Assembly (NCBI GenBank): GCA_964035545.1
Contig: OZ037765.1
Coordinates: 682,001 to 746,000 of the forward strand
From: Bugula neritina
Taxonomy: Eukaryota; Animalia; Bryozoa
Direction: 5' to 3'
DNA: 64,000 nucleotides
A program made the position numbers and the translations under genes. Positions within the stretch are counted from its first letter, which is position 1, and each line of letters starts with the position of its first letter. Below the pieces are notes generated by a model, which had not been told where the DNA came from, made no database searches, and saw only the letters and a list, made by a program, of their open reading frames with translations. Shown in pieces: positions 18,917-29,908 of the stretch.

Positions 18917-21900
18917 GCCCAAGGCTATTTATGGACTGATGACTGAAAAGAAGGGTAATAGTGCTGCAGCAGTATTAGTAGATGACCGTATCATTCTGCA
19001 ACCACCTCAGTGGAAGAGAAATTGAAGGTTGTGAAATGACGTACTTATTATTATAATTCTAAACTACTATTCATGTTTATATATTTTTTTTACTTTGTTG
19101 TAAAATTGCTGAGATAAAGCTAGCATTTTTGTATATATAATGTGGCAACTTTCAGAACTTCAGTATATTTTCTTATAATAATTCCTTAAAGTAAATGTAT
19201 TGGGTGTACATAAAATAAGTATCATGAACATTATGTTATTGTTTCATTTAGTTCTAACATGATTATTTTTCATGAAGTGTAAATATTTTTGTGATGCTAA
19301 CTTACCTCTAACTGAGAAATTAAGATGTTACTGTATTTTTATAGCTAGTCGTAATATATTGTTAGTGTCACTGCACAGATGAATATTTTTACTTGATTTA
19401 TGCTTCACTGTAACATTTTGATCTGCACCCTGTTCTATATTATACCTATAACATTTATAATAAGGCAATAAAGTGGAAAAACTTCAATAACAATTTTATC
19501 ATCAATGGAAAGGTTTGAAGACTTCACATCTATTGAGTCATTGATAACTGCTGTTATTTTATGCATAAGTAGTAAACACGACCATATGCTGGTTACAAAA
19601 AGTACTTCTTTTCATCTTGATGCTGGTACATGCATTGCTACATCATATAATATTTTTATCTCTGACATCACTAACAGCTCTAACTGGGTCATTGATATTT
19701 ATTAGGTCATAAACAAAATTGTTGCGTTGAAGATGAATTCGCACAACACTGTTTTGCAAAAGTAAGAATTAAGTAAGAACTCACTTTAGAATAAAGGCTT
19801 GGCTTGCCAACTCAATTGTCAAAATAACTTGAAAAGTTCAAAACTGAATTTAGAATATGCACTGAATAACTATGGCAGTCACAACAAAGCTTATTGTGGG
19901 ACTCAGTCTTTTAGCTTCCTTGATGGAGGAAGTGAGGCTGGAGTCCCAATCTTTCGGCTTTCTTTTCACTAAAGCAACTTTTCCATCGCTGACATTCAGC
20001 ATGGCAGCTGATCTTATACCCACAGATAACTGCTGACGCATGCAAGAAACTTTTCAAAAGAACTAAAGACGGCTCTTTATCACATAGATACACAAGAATA
20101 ATAATCTACAAGATCTTTCACCAACTGCTATATAATTTATGTAATTCATATAAATTACATAAAATATAATATTATTTATTTGTATCAACAGTCTGCATAT
20201 AGTAATAAGTCAAGGAACGAAACAAACTAAGCTAAAGCTTCGAGTTTATCAACGCTACTGTCAACATTTAGCACCACAACCACCTGTTGGATATCACCAA
20301 AACAAAAGGTGAACAATAGGAAGCAGTGAAACTGTACAGATCTACCTTTTGCAGTCTTTACCAAGTAACAATATTTATTATAAAATACCAACAGCCAATG
20401 CAAAATATTTGCAGTGGTCAGCAAATTAAAGGGTCAAAGTCTAATTAACAGGTCAAGGTCTAACATTCCTGCAACTGCTAAATGCCTCATATTACTGAAT
20501 TAAAATTCAAGCATTTGTTATGACAGTTGAAAAGAGGCAGCTGACGGCAAGTGTTGAGTTCACTGAACTATATTTCATATATCACAGTGAATGGCCGAGC
20601 ATCTCAACTCTCTCAAACACTTGTTTGATTTTTAGTACTAAATTCTATCAGGTTTTGCTTGTCTCTGCTCCCAGCTAAAAAAATATAGTAGTGAAAACAG
20701 CTACAAAGTTTGTGCAGTGGGTTCTACACCCTTCACAGCAACATATAGCCGTAAGACCATTGGCTATACGTAGTTCTCTTGATAAGTTCTTATAATTGTA
20801 GCAACACTTCGTGATGGGGACCGCTGTCAGGGTAATGAAATGAAGCAACCTTATCCAAACCCTAAAAGCCAAACCCAATAATATACAGAGAAGCTAACTG
20901 GGCATCTACATCTCCACATCTAAACAAGATTCCAGGAGGCATTATAAGTCTTTGGTTGGAAGACTAGTGGGTCCTGCCACCAGGGTATGCAAAGACAGCT
21001 GACAGGTAACTGAGTTGACTCTGGTAACTTCTCCAACAGTTAGTGCAAACAAAGCCTTCAGCATCTATAATATAAACTCCAAGATTTCAGTCAGACTACA
21101 GTATTTGAGGCCGAAGCAGATCTCTAATTTAAGTATGATTTATGAAATTGTCCTTGGGTATACCCAACTATGAAGGTCACGTATTTGTTATTCTAGCATT
21201 GGGCAGAAGGTTATAAGACAACAAGAGCTACTAGCTGGTAGTGAACAGGTAGAAATGTGAGAAGTGAATCTCTCTGAATAGACTAGTGTGGTGCAATCAG
21301 TTGGGTAACCTATTAGAAACTATTCAAAGTGAGAAAAAAGATGACTGAGTTGTGAATCAGACTCAAGATTGCGACAGAAATGCAGAGCATTTGTTTTGTC
21401 ACTTTATTTTTACTAAATTAGAAGTAAATGGAAAAAGAATCATTTTCTGAAGCAGAACTAGAGTTGGCAGACATCCATGAGTATTAGCTGAGGTTGCTTC
21501 ACCAGGTGTTACATACTGAGTTAGTAACTAGCTAAAGGAAGATTGTGACTAACAGCTGCAACTGCCCAAATTTAAAAGTGTAATAGCTAACTCAAAGTAG
21601 TTATATTATGTTTTCAGTCTACAAGCCCCTAAGGACTGCAAGCTTTGCAATAGTTAGGCTGCAGATCAGATACAAAAAGTTCCCAGGGTCTGAAGAGCAC
21701 AATAAGGCCGGTTTTTGTAAACTGCGTAAACGGAAAAGCGGAAATTTCTGCAAAAACGGCGGAAAAGTACTCAACCGAGCAATATTTTTAGCATTCGCTG
21801 CGTAATACTTTTGTGTATGCACAAAGCATAGGTTTTAGTTGAAAAATGACACAACTCTATTATTAAAATAATCTTGCATTAAGAAAACCTCGGCAACGTG

Positions 21901-22054
21901 TTAAGTACTTAGTCTATTTCATCCTTCACAACCAACGTGATATCTTCCACTCTACATGTGCAACCCTTCAACTGAACTGCTCTAAAACTTACATCTTTTT
22001 GCTTGAACCCAAAATTTTCACTTCGACTTTCCAATATAACCATTAAAGCTAGAG

Positions 22055-25000
22055 ATGGGTAAGCTCAATCTGCTTACAAATTATTACTAACACTTTCAAA
22101 TTAAATAATTGTCGATTGAAATAATTTTCAAATTAATAATTAATAAACTTAATAATTATATTATTAATATTAATAGTACTAATACTAATAGTAATACTAA
22201 TAGTAATAGTAATACTAATAGTAATAGTAATACTCATACTGTAATACTAATACTAAAAGTATTACTGTTACTAATACCAATAGTAATACTAACAGTGTTT
22301 AATTAATAATAATGATAATAATTAATATACTTATACTTATAGTTATAGTTATACTTATACATCAACTTATAGTTGATGTTATACTAATAGTAATACTTAT
22401 ACTTATAGATAACGATATCATTTTGACTTTAAGTTTAGGTATTGAATTACATTTATTATAATTATATTACTAATACTAATAGTGATAGTAATAGTAATAC
22501 TAATAGTAAATGTAATACTATCAGCATTACTATTAGACTTAGAGTAATAGTAATAGTACTAGTAGCACTAAGTATTAGTATAAGTATTACAATTGTCTAT
22601 TATTGTTAGTGTTACTATTACTATTAGACTTAGTATAAGTATTACTATTACTATTAGTATTAAGTTAATTATTAATATCTTAGTATTAAATTAATTATTA
22701 ATATTAATAATAATAATATAATCATAATGATAATTATTTTCATTATATAAATTGTAATATTATTATTAATATTTTATATAATTTTATATTATTAATAATA
22801 ATAATTCATAATAGTAATAGTATTAGTATTTTTATTCTAATACTGTAGTAGTAATTCACATCTGCTTATCTTATGTTTATTTTAATTTGTTTAATTTTAT
22901 TTGTAATTCACTAATCAGTAGTTGTTAATTGGTATTGAAATATTAATATAAGTTTATAACTATACTTATAGTATATTGATTAATGATTAGTAAGTCTAAG
23001 ACAAGATCGATAGTAACACTTATACTACTAGTGTGTTTTATTCAAATTGCTGGGCTAAAGTGCATCAAACTTTCATATTGATGCAGTGAAACTTAAACAT
23101 ATATGTGTTTAATGACTTGGTCGTAACATTTAGTCAAATGTTATCTTTAAACCAGTTTTTTACCCTGTTGAGACTCATTTTGACCTTGGGGTGCAGATAT
23201 AGTGTATTTGGCATATGTCTTGTGAGGATAGCAGTCTTTCATATAAAATAGGCAAACAGTTTAGGTTTTTTTAGCCAGATTATTGTTCTGATTATATGAT
23301 TTGAATTAAAAAGTTATTCATTGTTTAGCATTCATTGTAATGGTCATGTTGTTTTGAAAATTTTTACAGATTACAGAGGTATAACTAATTTTGGAAATAC
23401 ATGCTTTTTAAATGCATGTATTCAAACTATACGCTGCACATCATTGCTCCAAGTAAATTGTGAGTATGTAAATTTTAATTTATATTTTGCTCAGGAAATT
23501 ATTATGACTTGAAACTTTGAATGTAATTTCTTCTATTTATACAAGTAATAAACAGTCCCGTTGTTGTTTTATACTGTAATCAAGTAGTTGTAATCAAGTA
23601 GTAGATCACTGTTTTGGTCTTTTAATCTTTAGTTTTTTGTTATATATAGGCTTCTCAAGATGCTTCATGTGCTACTGTGCCAGTAGCAATTCCACAGATC
23701 AAGGGTTGAATTACATGGCTAAGGGTAAATTTCAAATTCCTCATCAACAATCAAATGTATAGTTGACATTTTAATCAAAAGTCACCACTAATTGAGACTA
23801 TTTCAACATCCATATTTTATTTTTAGAGGTGTTACCTGATTTTATGAATGATCAGCAGCATGATGTTGCAGAAGTCTTCATGGAAATTTTGAACATGCCA
23901 TGCAAAAGGTTGGGTAACATTTACATTTCTTGAACACATTTGTTGCTTATGTAAAATTTATAATTTCTAAAGTGACAGTTAATATGTACACTAAACACTA
24001 ATGCTCTTTCTTCAATAGGACAGAATTGTTCTGGTCCGAAGTGGAGTATTTGACTAGATGTAATTTCTGTGATGCTGAAACAGTATGTGCTCAGCCTATG
24101 AATTTGATACCGGTTCCTCTATTAGAGGTGAGTTAGCAACAAGTAGGACATTTATTTTATTGGCACTATAGTATCATGTTTTGTAATAGCTATTTTGTTT
24201 TATTTGTTACAGAGTGAGGTTACACTGCAGGGCACCCTGCGGGAGCAATTCAGCTCCAAGAGGCTGGATGGCTATGTTTGTGAAGGGTATTATATGGGCA
24301 TTTTACATTTACATATTTTGGACCATATTTTTGTGAATTTCTGACTAATGAGTGATTACACATATTACTATTTTTCAGCTGTGGTTGTTTGGATACAACT
24401 GTACAGCTGTCTCAGTTTACAAAGCTTCCAAAAATCTTAGCCATCACTTTGAAAAGATTTGACGACTTAGGAGTCAAGTTAAGTAAAAGCTTGGAAGTAC
24501 CGGACTTGCTTTATATAACTGATAAAAGTGGGGTGAGAAATGTTTAACAAATACTTGTATAGAAAGAGGCACAATAGTGAGATTTATACCAAAGTAAAAC
24601 TGGGCATGAAAAGCATTTTAATAGCCAACCAAAAATAGATAAATTAAAATAAACAGGATAAAATAATTTGCAAACTATTGTTTACTCTGGTTGTCCAGTC
24701 TTCAAAACTTTCTGGCTATTTTAGCTTTGCTAGGTTTAAACATGCATTTTCTGCATTGACTTGTATTTACCCTCCAGATTTCTCATTTCTCTGACATCCT
24801 GCTGTCATCTTTTTGTTGTTATCTTTGAAATTATCTGCGTTGCTAAAACTGTGTAATATTGGTATCACTTTTGCAAATGCATTAATAATCTATTGCTGCA
24901 TGTAGGAGGTAATGTGCTATAGGGCCATCACTGCAGTGGAGCATAAGGGTTCTTCTCCTACTAGTGGCCATTATGTAACATATCGCCGGAATTCTCAGTC

Positions 25001-25224
25001 CTCGGATTGGTGGCTGTTTGATGACAACAAGGTAACTGAATACCTTTAGCTTTCTCCAAGTTTTTATCTATCAATTCAATTGCTTTGATTTTTAAATATT
25101 TTGCTCTGTTCTCTAATTTTTTTTACTAAAATAATGAACTTGATAATTTATTTTTACACAATTTCAGGTATCCTATGCTGTTGAACCACCCATAGGTTGC
25201 TCCTACTTGATATGCTATGAAATG
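22055..25224 (+). CDS. Ubiquitin-specific protease (peptidase C19/USP) domain inside the transposon; exons 22055-22058, 23370-23459, 23650-23724, 23827-23908, 24019-24127, 24213-24286, 24379-24532, 24906-25031, 25168-25224 (257 codons)
   Basis: Phase-consistent GT-AG exons give the Cys box MDYRGITNFGNTCFLNACIQTI, the QQD-type box QQHDVAEVFMEIL, finger Zn ligands CNFC...CEGC, LPKILAITLKRF, the His box EHKGSSPTSGHYVTY...WWLFDDNKV, and YLICYE. The 4-nt first exon (ATGG|GTAAGC) is inferred. The protein either stops at 25236 (VWL*) or splices on from the donor at 25225. Confidence 0.9.
22080..23030. repeat. Extremely AT-rich low-complexity (TAATAG/TACTAT)-type tract in the first intron of the transposon gene
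   Basis: Directly visible degenerate taatagtaatac and tattactattag repeats. Confidence 0.85.
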
Positions 25225-25397
25225 GTATGGCTATAGCATGTGTAACAAGTTTTCTCTTCGCATATTATTGAAAATTGTTTATGTTGACAAAACTATGGAA
25301 CTATTTGTACAAAATTGTCATTTTACAATTTGTTGAAACATTTCTATTTAGCAAAACTTTTGTTGAATCAATTTATTTTTTTAAATTCACAAAACAG

Positions 25398-27333
25398 GTT
25401 AGTCAAGGGTAAGTGCCACCATAGTTTTTACCTATATTTAATGCACTTTTCTTTGATCTATCGTTTTTTTTGCTCAAGTTAGTTGAACTACCTTATTAAT
25501 GAAAATAGTTTAGTGGTGAATTGCTGCATGTAAATTGCATGAACATTTTTGCTAAGTCTTTACTTTATAGCAACTAAAACATTGGCCGTGTTATCTCTGT
25601 TTGTTTAACTATACCAACACAAAGTTGTTGACTTTGACTGCATTTGTATTCTGATATTTGTTATTTGAGAAAATTTTAGAAGTAGCAACAACAGCAACAA
25701 CTGCCCATTCCTTGAAAAAAATACAGGTGTCGAATTTTGTTGTATTTCAATGACATGCTTGATTGTTACATTGTTATACAATGTTGGCCATCTATTATGT
25801 GTTCATTTATAATAACCTGCAAATTGTTTTTGTTTGTTTTTATTACACGTTCAGAAGCAATCTATGCTTCTTTTTTGCTACTTTATCATTGATGTCTGGA
25901 TTTCAAAACCATACCTCTTGTCAGATACTTAGCACTCTTGTTTTCTGAGTTCTTACTGTATGTGCTCATTTGCAATTACCACGCGTGCATATATTGAACT
26001 GCATATGCAAGCCTATGTGTTAGCTATAGTTGAATACTTGAAAATGTTTTTTTGCTTTGTTTGTTTTTCAGCATCAATCAAAGTTTTGTAAAATGTTTGA
26101 GCTCATTTTATGCAAGTGAGACAGATTGTAAATATTTTTCATTTTATTTATTTAGAGACATTTTACCATCAGACCAGCAAGAGATTTCAAGTTTTGCAAA
26201 TGAAACTGAAAGTGTATCATCTTGGCAATCAGTAGCTCGAAATCAGTTTTCACCCAGCAATACCTGCTATGATGATTTATCCAATAATGGAGAGCCTTTC
26301 CATCTTGTGCCAACGCCCAATAGTGATGAAATTGTAAGTTTGGAATTTGCAAGACTAATGTTTTATCATTTGTAATTGAATTCAATGTATATTAATTATT
26401 ATATATTGTAGGGCTATAATTCTGATAAAGCTTATGATTCTGAAAACTCGGCTGATTATAAAAGTCAATAGTGAGTTTTTATATATCTTGCAATGTTATG
26501 ATTATAACTTGTACTTTTTTTACCACAAACTTGTGTTTTGAAGTAATGTAAATCATGGCACAATGTACCTGTGTACTATCTGTTTCATGTCTTTTGTAGT
26601 AATCCGTTGCTGCATCAACTTCCAAAGGATAATAAAAAAAGGAAAACCCATCAAGCATCTATAGACTTAGATGCTTCTAGCTGTAAAAAAGGTTTTTTGT
26701 GTAAAGAACAAGAATAAAAAAGTGTCTAATAGAAAATATAAATATGTTTATAAAGTTGATATTGCTAAAGCGAACTATTACAAGAAATGATTTCAGTATA
26801 GGATATATTTCAATCCATTTTCAATTCATTAAATTTATGTGAGGTTGTCGCACAGTAATATTCAGTCAACTGTAAATGATTTTTCAGACCTAAAGGTTTG
26901 GATTTTCGGACAAAATCTGGTTGGAGTGACATTTGTGGTGATGATACAAACTCGTTTTCATCCTGTATTGATGAGACTGGCAAAGGTATAATTAACATTT
27001 TAATGCATTTGCACTGTTTGAAGAACGCCAGCACCAACTTGCAACGTGAATATTCCTAATTTTCCAATTGTTGAAGGAAATGAAGTAGAAGTAGTTAGTA
27101 GCTGTGAGAATGACTCTGCTGGGTTTACATTATCACACTCGTCTTTCAGGTAAACCTAATGACTGTTACTTGTTGCAGAGCAAAGAAATCAGTTGAAGTA
27201 TGTAGACTAAACTTTTTTTGTACATGTTCATATAAAAAAGTATTTTATTGCTGTTGCAGGAACAAAGATTTAATTAGCTCCAGGAATGAATGCAGTATTA
27301 CCGGTCGTTCTGATTCTGATAACTGTGATGAAG
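25398..27333 (+). CDS. Putative S/D/N-rich linker exons between the USP domain and the transposase (25398-25408, 25680-25726, about 26156-26333, 26412-26470, 26600-26691, 26888-26985, 27032-27149, 27260-27333)
   Basis: Short open exons with GT-AG borders. Most junctions are phase-compatible, including 27333 to 27819. The junctions after 25726 and after 26691 are unresolved. Confidence 0.5.
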
Positions 27334-27818
27334 GTACAGCTGTTATAATCAGCTATATTGTTTATCTTTTGCTGTGTGTTTTATCATCAGCTTTGTACTT
27401 GTGAAGAAGATTTGAATTTGTTGATTGATTGATATTATGTTTGGGCAGCTTTGTTACAAGAAGCTTAGCTTTGTGTTCAAGAAGAGAATCCTTGGAATAT
27501 TTCCCTGCGCTACTCACTGTTACAAATTCATAGGACTTGCTTGATATCATGTGCAAGTCCTTTGAAGTTGACTGCTGAGTTGACAGAACAGTAAACCACC
27601 AGCTCCGTCGCAAGACTCCAATGTAATCAAGTTGCTTTTTACAAATTGGTTTGGTTTCAATGTAGCTGTCACCCCACTGTGATTACGACTGTCACTTTCA
27701 AAGTTAAAAGTGACAGCTGATTGTTCCATTATTATTTACACATTACCTCCAATTGTTTTTATGCATTGGTTTGCCTGGTTGTTATTACTGTTGCTGCATA
27801 CTTTTTCAAATTTTCCAG

Positions 27819-29908
27819 ATTTTGTTCCATGTGGCAAGTTATTGAACGACGATCCCGAAACTCCTCTACACAAAGACTACCCAATATATGATAAGCTTAC
27901 TCAAATTCTAATTTTATATAAAGCAGCGAAGGGAGAGATTGTCACATGCAGCCGAACACCGTACAAGTGTCAACAGTCATCTACATTTGTCATCGATCTG
28001 AGCAAGCTTGATCATCCTGGAGATGTTGTGTGTGATGGATTGGGTCAATGGAAGAACAACTCTACTTACCCAGCTTACTTTTGCCTGGAAAATGACTCTA
28101 TGAGTAAAGCTAATGAAGAAAACTTCCAATATAAACTTGTAACAACATATTATCATCACAAGATTCATACATCATGCAAAAAAAGGTTAGTCCAGTTTTA
28201 CGAAAAGAGTTCAAACTGCCCGATAAATTCACTTATAATTTATAGTCTCACTGAAAAAATATTGGATCAACCTCATAAAAATAGTAAACGTTTAGTGCAT
28301 TTTACCAAAACTATGCCAAGTGTGATTTCGAACATAAAAAAGAGCGTGAGGAATTCATGTAATGGTTTAGCAGCATATGAAAAATGTTACGCTCAATCTG
28401 CCTGTCGCAATGAATCTGCTGTTCCTCGGAATATATCACAAGTTTATAACACCAAAAGAACTTTTAAAGAAAAATCATTAAAAGGAGAGCTGGAATGGGT
28501 TCTATCAGCAAAAAATGAATCATCCTCACCAATTGTTGCTGTGCATATGTCAAAAAAATGCAAGTTGGCTATTACATTAGCTTCAGGATTCCAGTTACAA
28601 GCAATGGAAGCATTTTGCACTAAGAAGTCGCCCCGAATTTTAGGGATTGATATGACCTATAACATAGGTAAATATTATGTAACACCTACCACTTTCCGAC
28701 ACCCTATGCTTATTCACAAAAACTCTTTAGTGGAACCTACATTAATTGGGCCTACATTTATACACACTGAACATAATTTAGCTGCTTATAAATTATTTGC
28801 ATCCGACTTAATTAACGAAAACGACAAATTAAAAAATATTAAATTTATTGGGACTGACAGGCAAGTTGAACTTTTTAAAGCCTTCAATATACACATGACT
28901 GATGCTTCACACATGGTTTGTAAAAGACACGTTGAAAATAATATTATCAGTTATTTGACTGGTAAAGGTTTGCCAAAAGCCACCATAAACGATTTGGTGA
29001 ATGACATGTTTTTAGACTTAGCGAGTTGTTTCGAAGAGCATGAGTTTGATGAGCACCTTCAAGAAATTAAACATAAATGGGATGCAGCTCATGCAGATAT
29101 TTTTAGCTGGTTTTGTAGGTATCAACGCCAAACTTTCGTTGAATCTCTATTAGCCTCAAAACGAGAAGCGGCAGGCTTGAAACACAAATTCTTTTATAAT
29201 AATGCTAATGAGTCAATAAATCGGTTGCTTAAGACTAATTTAAACAGAAAATCTACTTTAAAAGACATCATAACATCATGGGAAGAGAAATGCACTATAC
29301 AACATAACAACTGCAAACGAGCGCTTTTGTCTGAAGGAATATTCATAGTTAAAGCTCAGTATTCGCATTTGAAAATTGAGAAGGTTAAGTGGTATAGCTC
29401 ACAAACTGAAAAGAAGTTATTAAGCATAAACAATATTTTAGACCATTATTGTCCTCCAGAAACAGCAACTTCAAACTACAATGATATTCAACTCTCAACA
29501 GTCACTGCTGGTTGTCGTCTGGGCCAAGGAAGAAAAAAAAATGAAATGAAGCGAATTAGAAAACTCCCAAGTATTGATAAACGATTCTGTGCAGATGATC
29601 TTTCACACAACAACTCTGTAGTTTTTTATCTTTTAAGAGAAAACAATCGAATAAAAATTTGCTATGCATGTAGAGTGGCATTTTTGCCAACGGATCGTAT
29701 TGTAGCATCAACGAAAACCTACCGAAAATACATTGATCCAGTTAGTCGTACTTTAACTGTTAGCAAGACTTTGCAGAATGTATACGTTCATATCAAATGT
29801 TTAGGGCACCAAGACTTTGATAAGCCATTGCATATTTGCAATTATTTGCATGGTATTATAAGCGATAATGAAATTCAAATTATTCAGCAGTTTGGTGACA
29901 TTGCATAA
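27819..29908 (+). CDS. MULE/Mutator-family DDE transposase (large terminal exon, about 695 aa)
   Basis: Uninterrupted ORF with LGIDMTYN (D1), FIGTDRQVELFKAF (D2), HMVCKRHVENN (Mutator CxxH motif) and YNNANESINRLLK (E). A polypyrimidine acceptor TTTTCCAG ends at 27818, so the ORF-track start at 27710 is probably intronic. Confidence 0.9.

Noticed and set aside
21608-21822. Overlapping short ORFs on both strands (also 30818-31018)
   Set aside because: They cross the transposon termini and are chance ORFs.
27710-27818. Hydrophobic N-terminus of the 732-aa ORF as a membrane anchor or signal peptide
   Set aside because: It starts at GTG and covers a T-rich tract ending in a strong acceptor, so it is most likely intron.
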